Shown: one piece after another, positions 7,729 to 16,078 of the stretch
Position numbering within the stretch: position 1 is the first letter of the stretch
How the letters are laid out: each line of letters begins with the position of its first letter
NCBI GenBank assembly: GCA_963787445.1
Contig: CAWBCT010000009.1
Span: 1 to 17,354 of the forward strand
DNA from: an uncultured archaeon
Lineage (GTDB): Archaea; Micrarchaeota; Micrarchaeia; Micrarchaeales; CABMGC01
DNA length: 17,354 bases
Direction: 5' to 3'
Made by a program: the position numbers and the translations under genes
The notes under the pieces: model-generated
What the model saw: only the letters and a program-made list of their open reading frames with translations
Told to the model about the DNA's origin: nothing
Database searches by the model: none

Positions 7729-8346
7729 TCAACCATTAAGCGTTGCGTTGCTCGCGATAAAATAATAGGTCGCTGATGCAGGGCTCGCAGGATAGCAAGT
7801 GTAATCTGTCCAGCCATACGTCTTGTTCAACTGAGTTGTGCAATAATACTCGGAGCTATTAGACGGCGGAGTATTCCCCCAATAGTCCGCGGAGCTGCTG
7901 TGGCATGTGCCGTTGATAGCCGCATAGTATCCATAGGCTCCGACTCCACAGTAGTAGAGTACCGAAAGATGGCCAGTAAATAAGTAGGAGCTGCCATACT
8001 GCCAGACTCTATTCGGCTGGTTTGGCAAGACAAGCGGCAGATAATACTGGGTCTGATTGCTGGAAAAGTATTGATACATCTCGTCATTGACTCCGTTTTG
8101 GAGATCGTACAGCTCTGTGTAGTTTAACCCATATAAATCCTCAAGCTCGGCGCGGACTGATATGGTTTTGTTGAGATAGCTCACTGGATTCGCGTCTATC
8201 TGTGGGATACTAACGGCTGACTGAGTAAGCTGAGAGATGCTTGGCAGTTTGCCCGATGCCAGGTTTGAGATTGCCGTTGGATTGCTGTAAAGATAATAGC
8301 CAATGCCGAGCAGCACGATGATAACTATTACTACGCCCCAGTTCAT
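7729..8346 (-). CDS. membrane-anchored secreted protein, possible OB-fold, Cys/Tyr-rich C-terminus
   Basis: N-terminal TM helix, VSIPQIDANPVSYLNKTISVRAEL, four Cys and many N-x-S/T sequons. Confidence 0.7.
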   Translation of the reverse strand: MNWGVVIVIIVLLGIGYYLYSNPTAISNLASGKLPSISQLTQSAVSIPQIDANPVSYLNKTISVRAELEDLYGLNYTELYDLQNGVNDEMYQYFSSNQTQYYLPLVLPNQPNRVWQYGSSYLFTGHLSVLYYCGVGAYGYYAAINGTCHSSSADYWGNTPPSNSSEYYCTTQLNKTYGWTDYTCYPASPASATYYFIASNATLNG

Positions 8347-8422
8347 ACCATCAAATATAGAATAGACCAGAGGGAATAAAAAGATAACCTCACTTTAAAT
8401 AATCGACAAAGGAGATGGAATT

Positions 8423-9028
8423 ATGGCAACAAACCAGAAGAAGTCGCACTTGTGGATAGTCTTGTTCATATTTGCGATAGCCTTTGGATTGTTTGCACCG
8501 CTTCTTGGTAGAGAGATAACAGAATATACAAAGAAGAAGGACTCCGCTGACTTTGAACATGACGAGTACGTGAACGCGATAGTGAATTCGCTGGTATTAG
8601 GATTGATACTTTATGTTGGACTCTTTGTGTTCGGTATTATTTGTTTTGGGTTCGTTGAGCTCGTGTATTTCATAATGTTTGTAGCCTTCTGGATGGCAAC
8701 CAAGAACATAGCGATATCAAAGACAAAGAAGAAGGCGGTTGAGGAGGACAGCACGCACTCTGGGAGGGTTGCGATCTTAGTTGTGTCATCCTTGTCCGTG
8801 CTGGTTCCAATACCTGCTTTGATGGCAGTACTCGGCATGGGCATCTTAATAAAAAAGGATTTGAAGAGGTTTAGTACAGCCCAGTTCGTTCTAACTTGCC
8901 TGATTAGCTTCATGCTGGCGATACTGCTTGATGTCTCATTATTTATAGGGTATAGTCTTATCCTGCTCCTGGCTTACATAGCTATAAGCATCATATTCTT
9001 TATTTGGAAGCGAGAGATTAGAAAGTAA
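8423..9028 (+). CDS. hypothetical multi-pass membrane protein
   Basis: 201 aa, about 6 hydrophobic segments, GGAG SD-like sequence upstream. Confidence 0.7.
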   Translation: MATNQKKSHLWIVLFIFAIAFGLFAPLLGREITEYTKKKDSADFEHDEYVNAIVNSLVLGLILYVGLFVFGIICFGFVELVYFIMFVAFWMATKNIAISKTKKKAVEEDSTHSGRVAILVVSSLSVLVPIPALMAVLGMGILIKKDLKRFSTAQFVLTCLISFMLAILLDVSLFIGYSLILLLAYIAISIIFFIWKREIRK

Positions 9029-9031
9029 GAA

Positions 9032-9745
9032 TTAGGCCTTCGCTTCCAGCCTATCAAGCATCTCCAACTGGCCCGCAGTCTTGAGCTGCTTCTGAATATA
9101 GACGTAGTGCTCGAGCATGTCTTTCCTGGCCCAGCCCATGTAGGCCTGGATGAGCTCGGGAGGGTAGCCCTTGTTTATGAGCATGTTATAGGCCCTGAGA
9201 TGGCGCAGGTTATGCGGAGTGATGCCGTGATCCTCGTAGATGTTCTTATCGTCGGTCATGTTGGCTCTGAAGTTATGCTTGAGCACCTGCGAGAGGTTAG
9301 CTGCTGCCTGATATCCTCCGAGCTTCGCGAACTTCTTGCCCAGGCCACGCTCATCCTGGACTCCGCGCATGATGTCATCCCATCTCTTAGCGTCGTAGCC
9401 TTCCAGGGGCAGGTTTGCCACGCTCTTTCCCCTCTCTCCGAGCACCTTAAAGCCCCTGGATGATCCTCTGTGGTAATCCTCGAGGTGAGCCTTCATCTTG
9501 CTCCTGGAGGGCAGCTCCACGCCACACTCAAGGCACTTGAAGGAGGGGTTTATGAAGTGCTTTTCGTTTATCTTCTCGATGTAGGCGATCCTACGTCCCT
9601 TGTGCACCTTCTCATAAGCTATTATCCTATCGGAGTGCAGGGCCTCGCCGAGCCTGGCCCCTGCAAGGTAGAGGAACAGGAAGAGCTTGGTGAGGATAGT
9701 AGGGTAAGGATAAGACCTTATCTTGCCCTGCTTGTTGGCCTCCAT
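9032..9745 (-). CDS. tyrosine recombinase, catalytic domain only, with inserted C2H2 zinc finger
   Basis: GARLGE (R31), NEK (candidate K62), HNLRH (H178/R181), MGW (W205), HYVY (Y214); C71-x2-C-x12-H-x4-H92. The frame stays open upstream to about 9929. Confidence 0.85.
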   Translation of the reverse strand: MEANKQGKIRSYPYPTILTKLFLFLYLAGARLGEALHSDRIIAYEKVHKGRRIAYIEKINEKHFINPSFKCLECGVELPSRSKMKAHLEDYHRGSSRGFKVLGERGKSVANLPLEGYDAKRWDDIMRGVQDERGLGKKFAKLGGYQAAANLSQVLKHNFRANMTDDKNIYEDHGITPHNLRHLRAYNMLINKGYPPELIQAYMGWARKDMLEHYVYIQKQLKTAGQLEMLDRLEAKA

Positions 9746-9881
9746 ACGCCTGAATCCTGCAACGGCTATGCCCCATATCTCCTTGCTGACGTCGTCAGAG
9801 CCTGCATAGATAGAGGTTATTGTCGTGAGTTTGAGCCTTTGTCTGTCCTCGTTTAAACACCTATATAAACTATAAATATGG

Positions 9882-9947
9882 CCTCTAAAACAGCCTGTTT
9901 TGTCGTCGTTTTGTCGTCGTAAAACAGTCTAACTAGACTTTTAGAGG
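9882..9947. repeat. repeat cluster upstream of the recombinase
   Basis: Tandem GTTTTGTCGTC x2 (9897-9918); inverted CCTCTAAAA (9882-9890) / TTTTAGAGG (9939-9947); TAAAACAG x2; AGTCTA-AC-TAGACT palindrome. Confidence 0.8.
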
Positions 9948-9982
9948 AAGAATGATTTTGTGTGTACAGAAAGTCATTCTTC
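9947..9982. repeat. 13-10-13 inverted repeat (candidate recombination site or hairpin)
   Basis: GAAGAATGATTTT-GTGTGTACAG-AAAGTCATTCTTC; 12 of 13 arm positions are complementary. Confidence 0.8.
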
Positions 9983-10013
9983 AAAACCGCCTACTAGCGC
10001 CGCCATTATCACC

Positions 10014-10419
10014 TTAGCCTATTGGGACCACTATCCCGTCCCACTCTTCATCCTCACTGTCTTTGGCCTTGTCTTTCTTCAGTCTGTACTTCCTGCAAGG
10101 CTTTAGGCTGGGCCACTATTATTCTTGTCCATCTGAAGGTCCATGAACACAATCTCAGAGATAGCACCCTCACTTCTACACGGCCGCTGGGGTATCCTTC
10201 GTATACTCCATGAGAGCGGTTAGGCCTCGCATTCTTCGTTACCTGGTTGTATGCCTTGCCTGTGGAAGTCCTCTGAGGCTCTGAGAATGCATAGCAGTCA
10301 TCCCTGAGCTTAAAGGACGCTGAAACCCTCGGGAAACCCTCTGAAGGTTCTCTGGGGAATTTTTCAGAGAAAAGGCTGGGAATCACCTCTGAGCGATTCT
10401 GCTGCATCTCTCTCGTCAA
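10014..10419 (-). pseudogene. hypothetical gene, probably frameshifted
   Basis: ORF 10054-10419 overlaps the upstream stop (TTGA). A protein-like tail CRKYRLKKDKAKDSEDEEWDGIVVPIG* in another frame ends at 10014. Confidence 0.35.
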
Positions 10420-10628
10420 ACTGTTTCTCTTCCCTGATAAGGGGCTGTTAGACCCTCGGGGCTCGGTGGGCCGATGTCTCGAGCTTCAGAGCCATCTGGC
10501 TTCTCTGAGACCTTCAGAGGTACAACTTGCTCTGAGTCAAGAAGGAATATCACATCGATGGCCTTATCATCTTCGGAGGCCTGAACGCAGAGACAACGAT
10601 CGCTGCCTATTATCTTAACAATCCTCAT
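10416..10628 (-). CDS. hypothetical protein (possibly degraded)
   Basis: 70-aa ATG ORF co-oriented with the element's leftward operon. Confidence 0.4.
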   Translation of the reverse strand: MRIVKIIGSDRCLCVQASEDDKAIDVIFLLDSEQVVPLKVSEKPDGSEARDIGPPSPEGLTAPYQGRETV

Positions 10629-10773
10629 AAATCATTAGCCAGTGATCTCACCGACCGATAGACCCTGTGCTGATCACCAGATAGAGCATTGTCTCTTGGA
10701 GTCGTCTTGACATTTCACGCTCGGCCTTTATTTGAGGTCGCATAGTCTCTCGCCTTAAGTAGCCTTCTCGACC

Positions 10774-11366
10774 TCAGCTTTGATGAAATCCTGGCTTCAG
10801 TTCCATATTCCATTGTCCTTCATAAAAAGTCCTGCATACCATCATCCCATAAACATCATACGAACTCTTTACCGCATGCCAGATAAAGGAAACCGTCCTG
10901 AAGGCCTCAAGCTGCCCTCTTCCTTCATCGCCGCAATACTCCTGGTATGCCGCGTCATCTGGCACGTGCTCATCGCGGAGCTCCTGAATCAGCGCAGACT
11001 TGGGAAGGTATCTATGGCGCTGAGCAGGGCCCTTATCTTGCCCTGGATGGGGAGCTCGGGCGTGGGAGGCTGGGTTATCCTGATGCAGACGTTTCGATTA
11101 AGGGCCAGGGTTATCGGGCAGGCTGGCCCTGGCGCGGTAATGCCCGATTGAGAAGCTCACAGTATTGCCGTTCAGTTCCACGTCATCCATGTTATCCCTC
11201 TTTGAGTCCTTGAGCAGCACCCATGCCGCAATCCCAGAGCCCGCGCCTACCGAAGCCACGCACAGCCGCGCATAATGGCGCTTGTGGCGCTCAAGGCGGC
11301 CCCTGTAGCAGCAAGCGTAAGGCCTGCCGAAAGGGCTGCTATTGCGAGTTTCTTGGAGGTGTTCAT
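10774..11366 (-). pseudogene. multiply frameshifted secreted/membrane protein gene
   Basis: MNTSKKLAIAALSAGLTLAATGAAL (signal/TM-like), then consecutive protein-like blocks in changing frames: GIAAWVLLKDSKRDNMDDVELNGNTVSFSIGHY / NVCIRITQPPTPELPIQGKIRALLSAIDTF / KSALIQELRDEHVPDDAAYQEY. Confidence 0.4.
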
Positions 11367-11437
11367 GGAGTTTTGAACCTCTGAAGTTTGCCCGCTTTGG
11401 CTACTTTGGGCAGTATCTTTAGCCTCTCCTGTTGTTT

Positions 11438-13050
11438 TCATATCGCTACACGAAGGGTTAGTGGAAGTGCCCAAAGTGCCCATCTGAACTTGCTTACCCT
11501 CCTGTTTGCCGCTGTCCTGCTTTGTCCACTTGTATCTGTTTCGCGTTGATTTTGTCTCCTCTTGACATCCAGGCGTATGCCAGAGAAGACTCTGCCCTTG
11601 AATCTTAGTAGCATCTTACCGAAAGACATGCGGGCCCCTCCCTTCAATCTGCCAATCAAGCCAATCGAACAAGTCAGCAAAGTCGCTGTCCTTATTCTCA
11701 AACTCATCGATTATTTGCTGCTTGGGAAGGTACGACTCTGGCCACTTTGAGTAGCAACGCTCAAAGACACCTTCATGCTCTTTGTTTCGGTATCACCCCC
11801 AACATCGTTTTGCAAGTCGTTCGACATTGGTGTCCCGAGACCCGCGTTCTCCATTATGCCTCCGACTACTCTCGCCCACTCTGGGAAGCTTGCGAATGGT
11901 TGGCTGCCAGGCTTCATGCCTTTCTCCACCCAATCTCTGATAAGAGCGTAGATCAGCGCTACAGTATCTCGCTTCTTTTCTCGGCTACCCACTGATGCAG
12001 GTTCGGATTCTCAAACTTTCTGGCGTTAGGATCACAGCGAAGAATAGGTTGATGAAAATGCTCCTCATGCTCGTCAGGAGTGTAGGTGATACCGACATTA
12101 GCGCTTCATTGATATCTCGAGCACGTTGGGATATGTTGCCATTCTATTACTTCCAAGAATCCTGTCGGTAATGACCTCGCTCGTCAAGATAGCCTCAAGC
12201 GCAGCACAATTCAGATACCCTTTATTATTGGCGAGTGCATTCGTAGCATCCGGATGATTACTGCAAGTGGCCAGTATCTTCTTTCTGAACTCTTCGTTGT
12301 CGCATTTCTGCTCGCTCGATATGGCAGGATCTTCTATGGCATTGCCCTCGTATACGAATGCCCGGTATGCCTGCGCAGTAGTCTTTTCCTGCTCGCGCTT
12401 GGTTTGCTGTATAAAATCTAACGGGTGTCCTGGCTGTTTCATGGTTGTATAACTCTCGGCAGTACGGCGTGATCAAGTCCGCAATGGCGTTAGCCCTATC
12501 TTGCTGGCCAACAAAGCAGAACTCCTTGTATATCTCGTTTATCAGAGTTTTGCCATCCTGCAAAGACATATCGAGCCTTACGTCGGGTGCATCGGCTGGC
12601 GTCCAGAATCTCAACTTCTCATCATAGCCTTTCTTTTGGAAACTCAAGTTTCCCATTCTTGAGTAGTGGTTTAGGAACTGTGTAGATTCGTTCTATTATT
12701 GGCAGCTTCGCGATGAATTGGTCGGAGCTCTTAAGGATAGCTGATGCAGAACTTCCGCTAATGCTTTTCTTGATAAAGCCGATTTCCTCGCCGTCTCTTG
12801 AAAGGATTTTTCCAATTATAAAATCGTTCTCTATCATTGTGATGAACGCGTCTTATCTACCGCTCCAGCCCAAGATTTTTGCGTCGTCTCCCTTCTTTCT
12901 TGTTGTTTATGGCTCCATATTTAGTCTGACTATCTCACGTCAGCCAGCGGCGAGGATGGTGTATGGACGTAAGTGGTAGTATTCGCCTATCGACACCGCA
13001 ACGTCGCCTATCGGATTGCCGTCTTTAGGAACCTCTATTCTTGGTTTCAT
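11438..13050 (-). pseudogene. phage/plasmid primase-associated P-loop ATPase (putative replicative helicase), fragmented
   Basis: ATG at 13050; collinear fragments give GYDEK...EFCF...DRANAIADLITPYCR...TPVRFYTANQARAGKD...NEEFRKKILA...LEAILTSEVITDRILGSN...LIRDWVEKG..P...FASFPEWARVVGGIME...FGKMLLRFKGRVFSG, a motif order I recognise from viral primase-linked ATPases. Confidence 0.7.
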
Positions 13051-13063
13051 GTGTTTATAAAGT

Positions 13064-13261
13064 TCATTCAGTCGGTCTGCCTTCACGGGAAACTGCTTGA
13101 TCATCTCGCCAATAACCGCATAATCTCTTGATAAGGCTTCGCGAGAATTGATTCTCAGACAGAAGTGTATCGATATCCTCTCCCTTTTTAAGGGCGTCTC
13201 GAATGTGATTTATGCGCATCACATCCTCGAGTGAACCAGATCGGCCATCATAGCACCTCAA
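13064..13261 (-). CDS. small hypothetical protein
   Basis: 65 aa, overlapping the upstream stop; ends 13 nt before the ATG of the ATPase pseudogene. Confidence 0.4.
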   Translation of the reverse strand: MRCYDGRSGSLEDVMRINHIRDALKKGEDIDTLLSENQFSRSLIKRLCGYWRDDQAVSREGRPTE

Positions 13262-13440
13262 TCCGAACCACCGTAGAAATAGCGATCGCCACTTCTGGGT
13301 ATGGGCTCGGTTGCTTGATGAACAACAAGCCGTCCTGGACGGCAGTTAAGTGCCTTCCCTGCTACGCGGATAAGTAGAGGCCTTATCATTGTAGAGCACT
13401 TTGAGCTTTTTGCCCATATACTCGTTCCATTTTGTTCCAT
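13258..13440 (-). CDS. small hypothetical protein (possibly frameshifted)
   Basis: ATG ORF in the same operon, GAGGAG upstream. Confidence 0.4.
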   Translation of the reverse strand: MEQNGTSIWAKSSKCSTMIRPLLIRVAGKALNCRPGRLVVHQATEPIPRSGDRYFYGGSD

Positions 13441-13458
13441 TTTCCACTTTATCTCCTC

Positions 13459-13692
13459 TTAATCATTCATAATGCTGTTTAGTGCGTAGGCTATGCTTCT
13501 GTCAGAGCTCACGCGGCCCTTGAGCCGTGCAAGGATAGAGGCCTTCTTGATGAAGAGTTGTCGTTGCAGTTTCCTAAGCGAGTCGGCGTAGCGCTGGTCT
13601 GTAAGCTCGGATAGGAACACACGGTCGCGCTCGATTAGCCTGTAAAGTTCACCGCACATCTGCTCGAGTTCTGCCTGGAGTGCCATGATCAT
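13459..13692 (-). CDS. small helical/coiled-coil hypothetical protein
   Basis: Strong GGTGAGG SD; ATGA overlap with the upstream ORF. Confidence 0.65.
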   Translation of the reverse strand: MIMALQAELEQMCGELYRLIERDRVFLSELTDQRYADSLRKLQRQLFIKKASILARLKGRVSSDRSIAYALNSIMND

Positions 13693-13826
13693 GTCCTCAC
13701 CATTTGAACTTGCACTTTAACCTTTAATTTCTCCAGGAATGCCGAGATGAGAGGATCATCCGCGAACTCCTCGGGATGCGTTATGGCCCAGCGCAGCGCC
13801 TTCTTTTCTTCTGGTAATAGGGGCAT
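13689..13826 (-). CDS. 45-aa hypothetical protein (not in ORF track)
   Basis: MPLLPEEKKALRWAITHPEEFADDPLISAFLEKLKVKVQVQMVRT*; starts 3 nt after the RHH stop and its TGA overlaps the next ATG. Confidence 0.6.
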   Translation of the reverse strand: MPLLPEEKKALRWAITHPEEFADDPLISAFLEKLKVKVQVQMVRT

Positions 13827-13829
13827 TGT

Positions 13830-13996
13830 TTAACCTTTTTTCCTGGTGGTAATCTCTGCCGCCTTTTGAATGAGGAATTTTCTGCATAAGGCGGATATCG
13901 AGGAGAATCCCTCTGCTCGAAGCGATCTATCGCTTGGAGCGTTTCCTTATCAAGTGTCAGAGGCATCGTCTTCTCAATCATTTGCTGTTTTGTCAT
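13830..13996 (-). pseudogene. ribbon-helix-helix (CopG-like) regulator with a 1-nt frameshift near 13920
   Basis: MTKQQMIEKTMPLTLDKETLQAIDR / RAEGFSSISALCRKFLIQKAAEITTRKKG*; the joined sequence gives beta strand, helix, G-x-x-S turn, helix; 167 nt, one base short of a full frame. Confidence 0.65.
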
Positions 13997-14091
13997 TTCC
14001 TTTCCCTTTACGTTCAAATTACGCTAAACATATAACAATAGATAACTATATATATCTTGCGTTGAATCTATGTTTAGTTTCCGTTAGTGAT

Positions 14092-15066
14092 ATGATGCCT
14101 ATGAGCGAGAAAAGTGAAAAACAAATGGTCGAGGGTGAGCTGGCGAGACCAGCACAAAACCCACTACTCTTAAGCGAGGACCTTGAGTTATATCCTATGT
14201 CAATCACTCAAGCCCAGTTCGAAGCTCTTCAGATCTTACTCGTAAACAAGCAAAGTAGAACTACCAAATCAATACAGAGAAACATAGAATATAGCTACAT
14301 AACGCATTTCTTAGAGGAGATATTTGAAGAAGTAAATAAAGCAGCAAACAAATTACTTGATGAACGTCGCAGAACCTATGATAAAAAGATATGGTCTTCG
14401 GATAAGAATTACCAAAAAACCGAGGATAAGATATTAGATGAAATAACTAAGAAGCGTTCCGAATTGATAACCGCTGTGATCAAGAAGCACGGAATAACAG
14501 AACCATTATTGAAGAAGGAGATTGATATTTTCATATCCGAGTCGGCCGACTCTGATAACGATGGATTTGCTAAAGATTTTCAGAATTTTAAGAACTTCAT
14601 GCTTACTACGGACAAGTATGGAAACGTTGAGTCAAAGAGAACCAAGGCAGTGAGTGCAATAAATAAGAGCTCAGGGTACAAGATACCAAGTTATGAAACA
14701 ATAAGTAAGGGGCTTTCGAAATTGAAAGAAGATGGATATGTTGATTATCTTAAGAAGGAAGATCAGACGGAAACGGCAGAGATAAGAACCAACGCTTCTG
14801 GCTTGTGGTCTATAGCAGATAACTTTCATAAAGTATGGAATCAAAAAAGACTAAGCATACTCGAGGATTATCAAAAAATTGTGAAGGCCACACTTGACGA
14901 TACCTATCATCCAGTTTATCATCTTGTTGAGAAGTATGGTACGCGAATCTTAGACTTCTACCAAATCAAAATAAGAGAAAGGAGCTCTGAGAGTTTAAGC
15001 CCCGAACCATTATCCTCAGTTTACTTAGAGCATCTTCAAGAAGTATCTCAGTTAGTAAGAGACTAA
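14092..15066 (+). CDS. putative winged-HTH regulator with large insertion
   Basis: SITQAQFEALQILLVNKQSRTTKSI (helices 1-2) ... IPSYETISKGLSKLKEDGYVDY ... GLWSI (recognition helix and wing); divergent from the RHH gene. The real start is probably 14092-14101, not 13870. Confidence 0.65.
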   Translation: MMPMSEKSEKQMVEGELARPAQNPLLLSEDLELYPMSITQAQFEALQILLVNKQSRTTKSIQRNIEYSYITHFLEEIFEEVNKAANKLLDERRRTYDKKIWSSDKNYQKTEDKILDEITKKRSELITAVIKKHGITEPLLKKEIDIFISESADSDNDGFAKDFQNFKNFMLTTDKYGNVESKRTKAVSAINKSSGYKIPSYETISKGLSKLKEDGYVDYLKKEDQTETAEIRTNASGLWSIADNFHKVWNQKRLSILEDYQKIVKATLDDTYHPVYHLVEKYGTRILDFYQIKIRERSSESLSPEPLSSVYLEHLQEVSQLVRD

Positions 15067-15072
15067 CTCGTA

Positions 15073-15777
15073 TCAGCTAACTTTATTTATGAAGGTAACC
15101 ATCTCTATTGGATTTTGAGGAGAGTCATATGTTGACTCTATCTTATATCTTGAGGCTATTTTCCCACTAATCTGCTCCAGAATCTTAGTGTGAGTCTTCA
15201 TGGCTCCACGTGCACTCGTTATTATTAGAGAATTAGGTACATTAGCATTTATGCGCAGCAATATTAGAGCAGCGGTCTCTTCAATCTCATCCTCTCCAGC
15301 AGTTATAAAGACAACGTCCCTCTCTACATTCTTCAATACATCAGTAACTTTATCTATAATTTGTTGGGTGGAAGAGGTAGTATCAATCAAAGATCCGATA
15401 TACTTGCTCAGAACGTTACTTGATACGTATTCAGCTATGTGCAAGCCAGGTATATCATACTTCTTTACTATTTTACTTCGGAGCTTCTCTATGTTTGGTT
15501 TATCATTGTTTTTAGTATAGCCACGAAGAGTAAGTCCGAGTTGTATTTGTATCCTAAGATTTGGGTCCTTCACGTACATCTCATAGAACTTCCAGGAGGG
15601 CGTGTCTCTTTGCGCTTTTATCCTGAGAATTATACTCGGATCCTCTATAAATGCAATATCTTTGTTCTGAAATTTGATTACAAGTGCCTTGATCTGCTCG
15701 GCTGTTAGTTTTATTATTGCAGTAGTAACGCCTTCTGCTATCTTAGCAGTGGGATCATCAGAGGTAGCCATCCCCAT
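15073..15777 (-). CDS. hypothetical protein
   Basis: Intact 234-aa ORF overlapping the upstream small gene; GAGGAG SD. Confidence 0.75.
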   Translation of the reverse strand: MGMATSDDPTAKIAEGVTTAIIKLTAEQIKALVIKFQNKDIAFIEDPSIILRIKAQRDTPSWKFYEMYVKDPNLRIQIQLGLTLRGYTKNNDKPNIEKLRSKIVKKYDIPGLHIAEYVSSNVLSKYIGSLIDTTSSTQQIIDKVTDVLKNVERDVVFITAGEDEIEETAALILLRINANVPNSLIITSARGAMKTHTKILEQISGKIASRYKIESTYDSPQNPIEMVTFINKVS

Positions 15778-16006
15778 ACTCCTCTATGTAGCCAAGTATG
15801 CTTATCTCATTATCGCATATTATTACTGTGCTTCCAGGTAAGATTAGCATCTCGTCTAACTTTATCGGAGTGTCGATGTATTTATCTATAAGTTTCTTGC
15901 CGTCTTTATCAAGTACAAATACGCCATCGGACTTGTAGTCTAAACCTTCCAGTAGTGCAATCTTGGTAGGAGTATCATATGTCTTTAGAGAAACAAGCTC
16001 AGTCAT
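15758..16006 (-). CDS. small acidic hypothetical protein
   Basis: 82-aa ATG ORF with AT-rich promoter-like upstream region; coupled to 15073-15777. Confidence 0.7.
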   Translation of the reverse strand: MTELVSLKTYDTPTKIALLEGLDYKSDGVFVLDKDGKKLIDKYIDTPIKLDEMLILPGSTVIICDNEISILGYIEEYGDGYL

Positions 16007-16078
16007 GCAATTACCTGTATTTAAACATATTGTAAAGTTTAACGTATATATTTATTTACTTTTCCTTCGCCCTAAGGC

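Noticed and set aside
10320-10345. GAAACCCTC direct repeat
   Set aside because: Two short copies inside a probable degraded coding region, with no supporting context.
13781-14017. 78-aa ORF as given in the track
   Set aside because: Better explained as a frameshifted RHH gene (13830-13996) followed by a separate 45-aa ORF.
13870-14091. N-terminal 74 aa of the 398-aa ORF
   Set aside because: It overlaps the opposite-strand RHH gene and the AT-rich promoter spacer; a start at 14092-14101 is more plausible.
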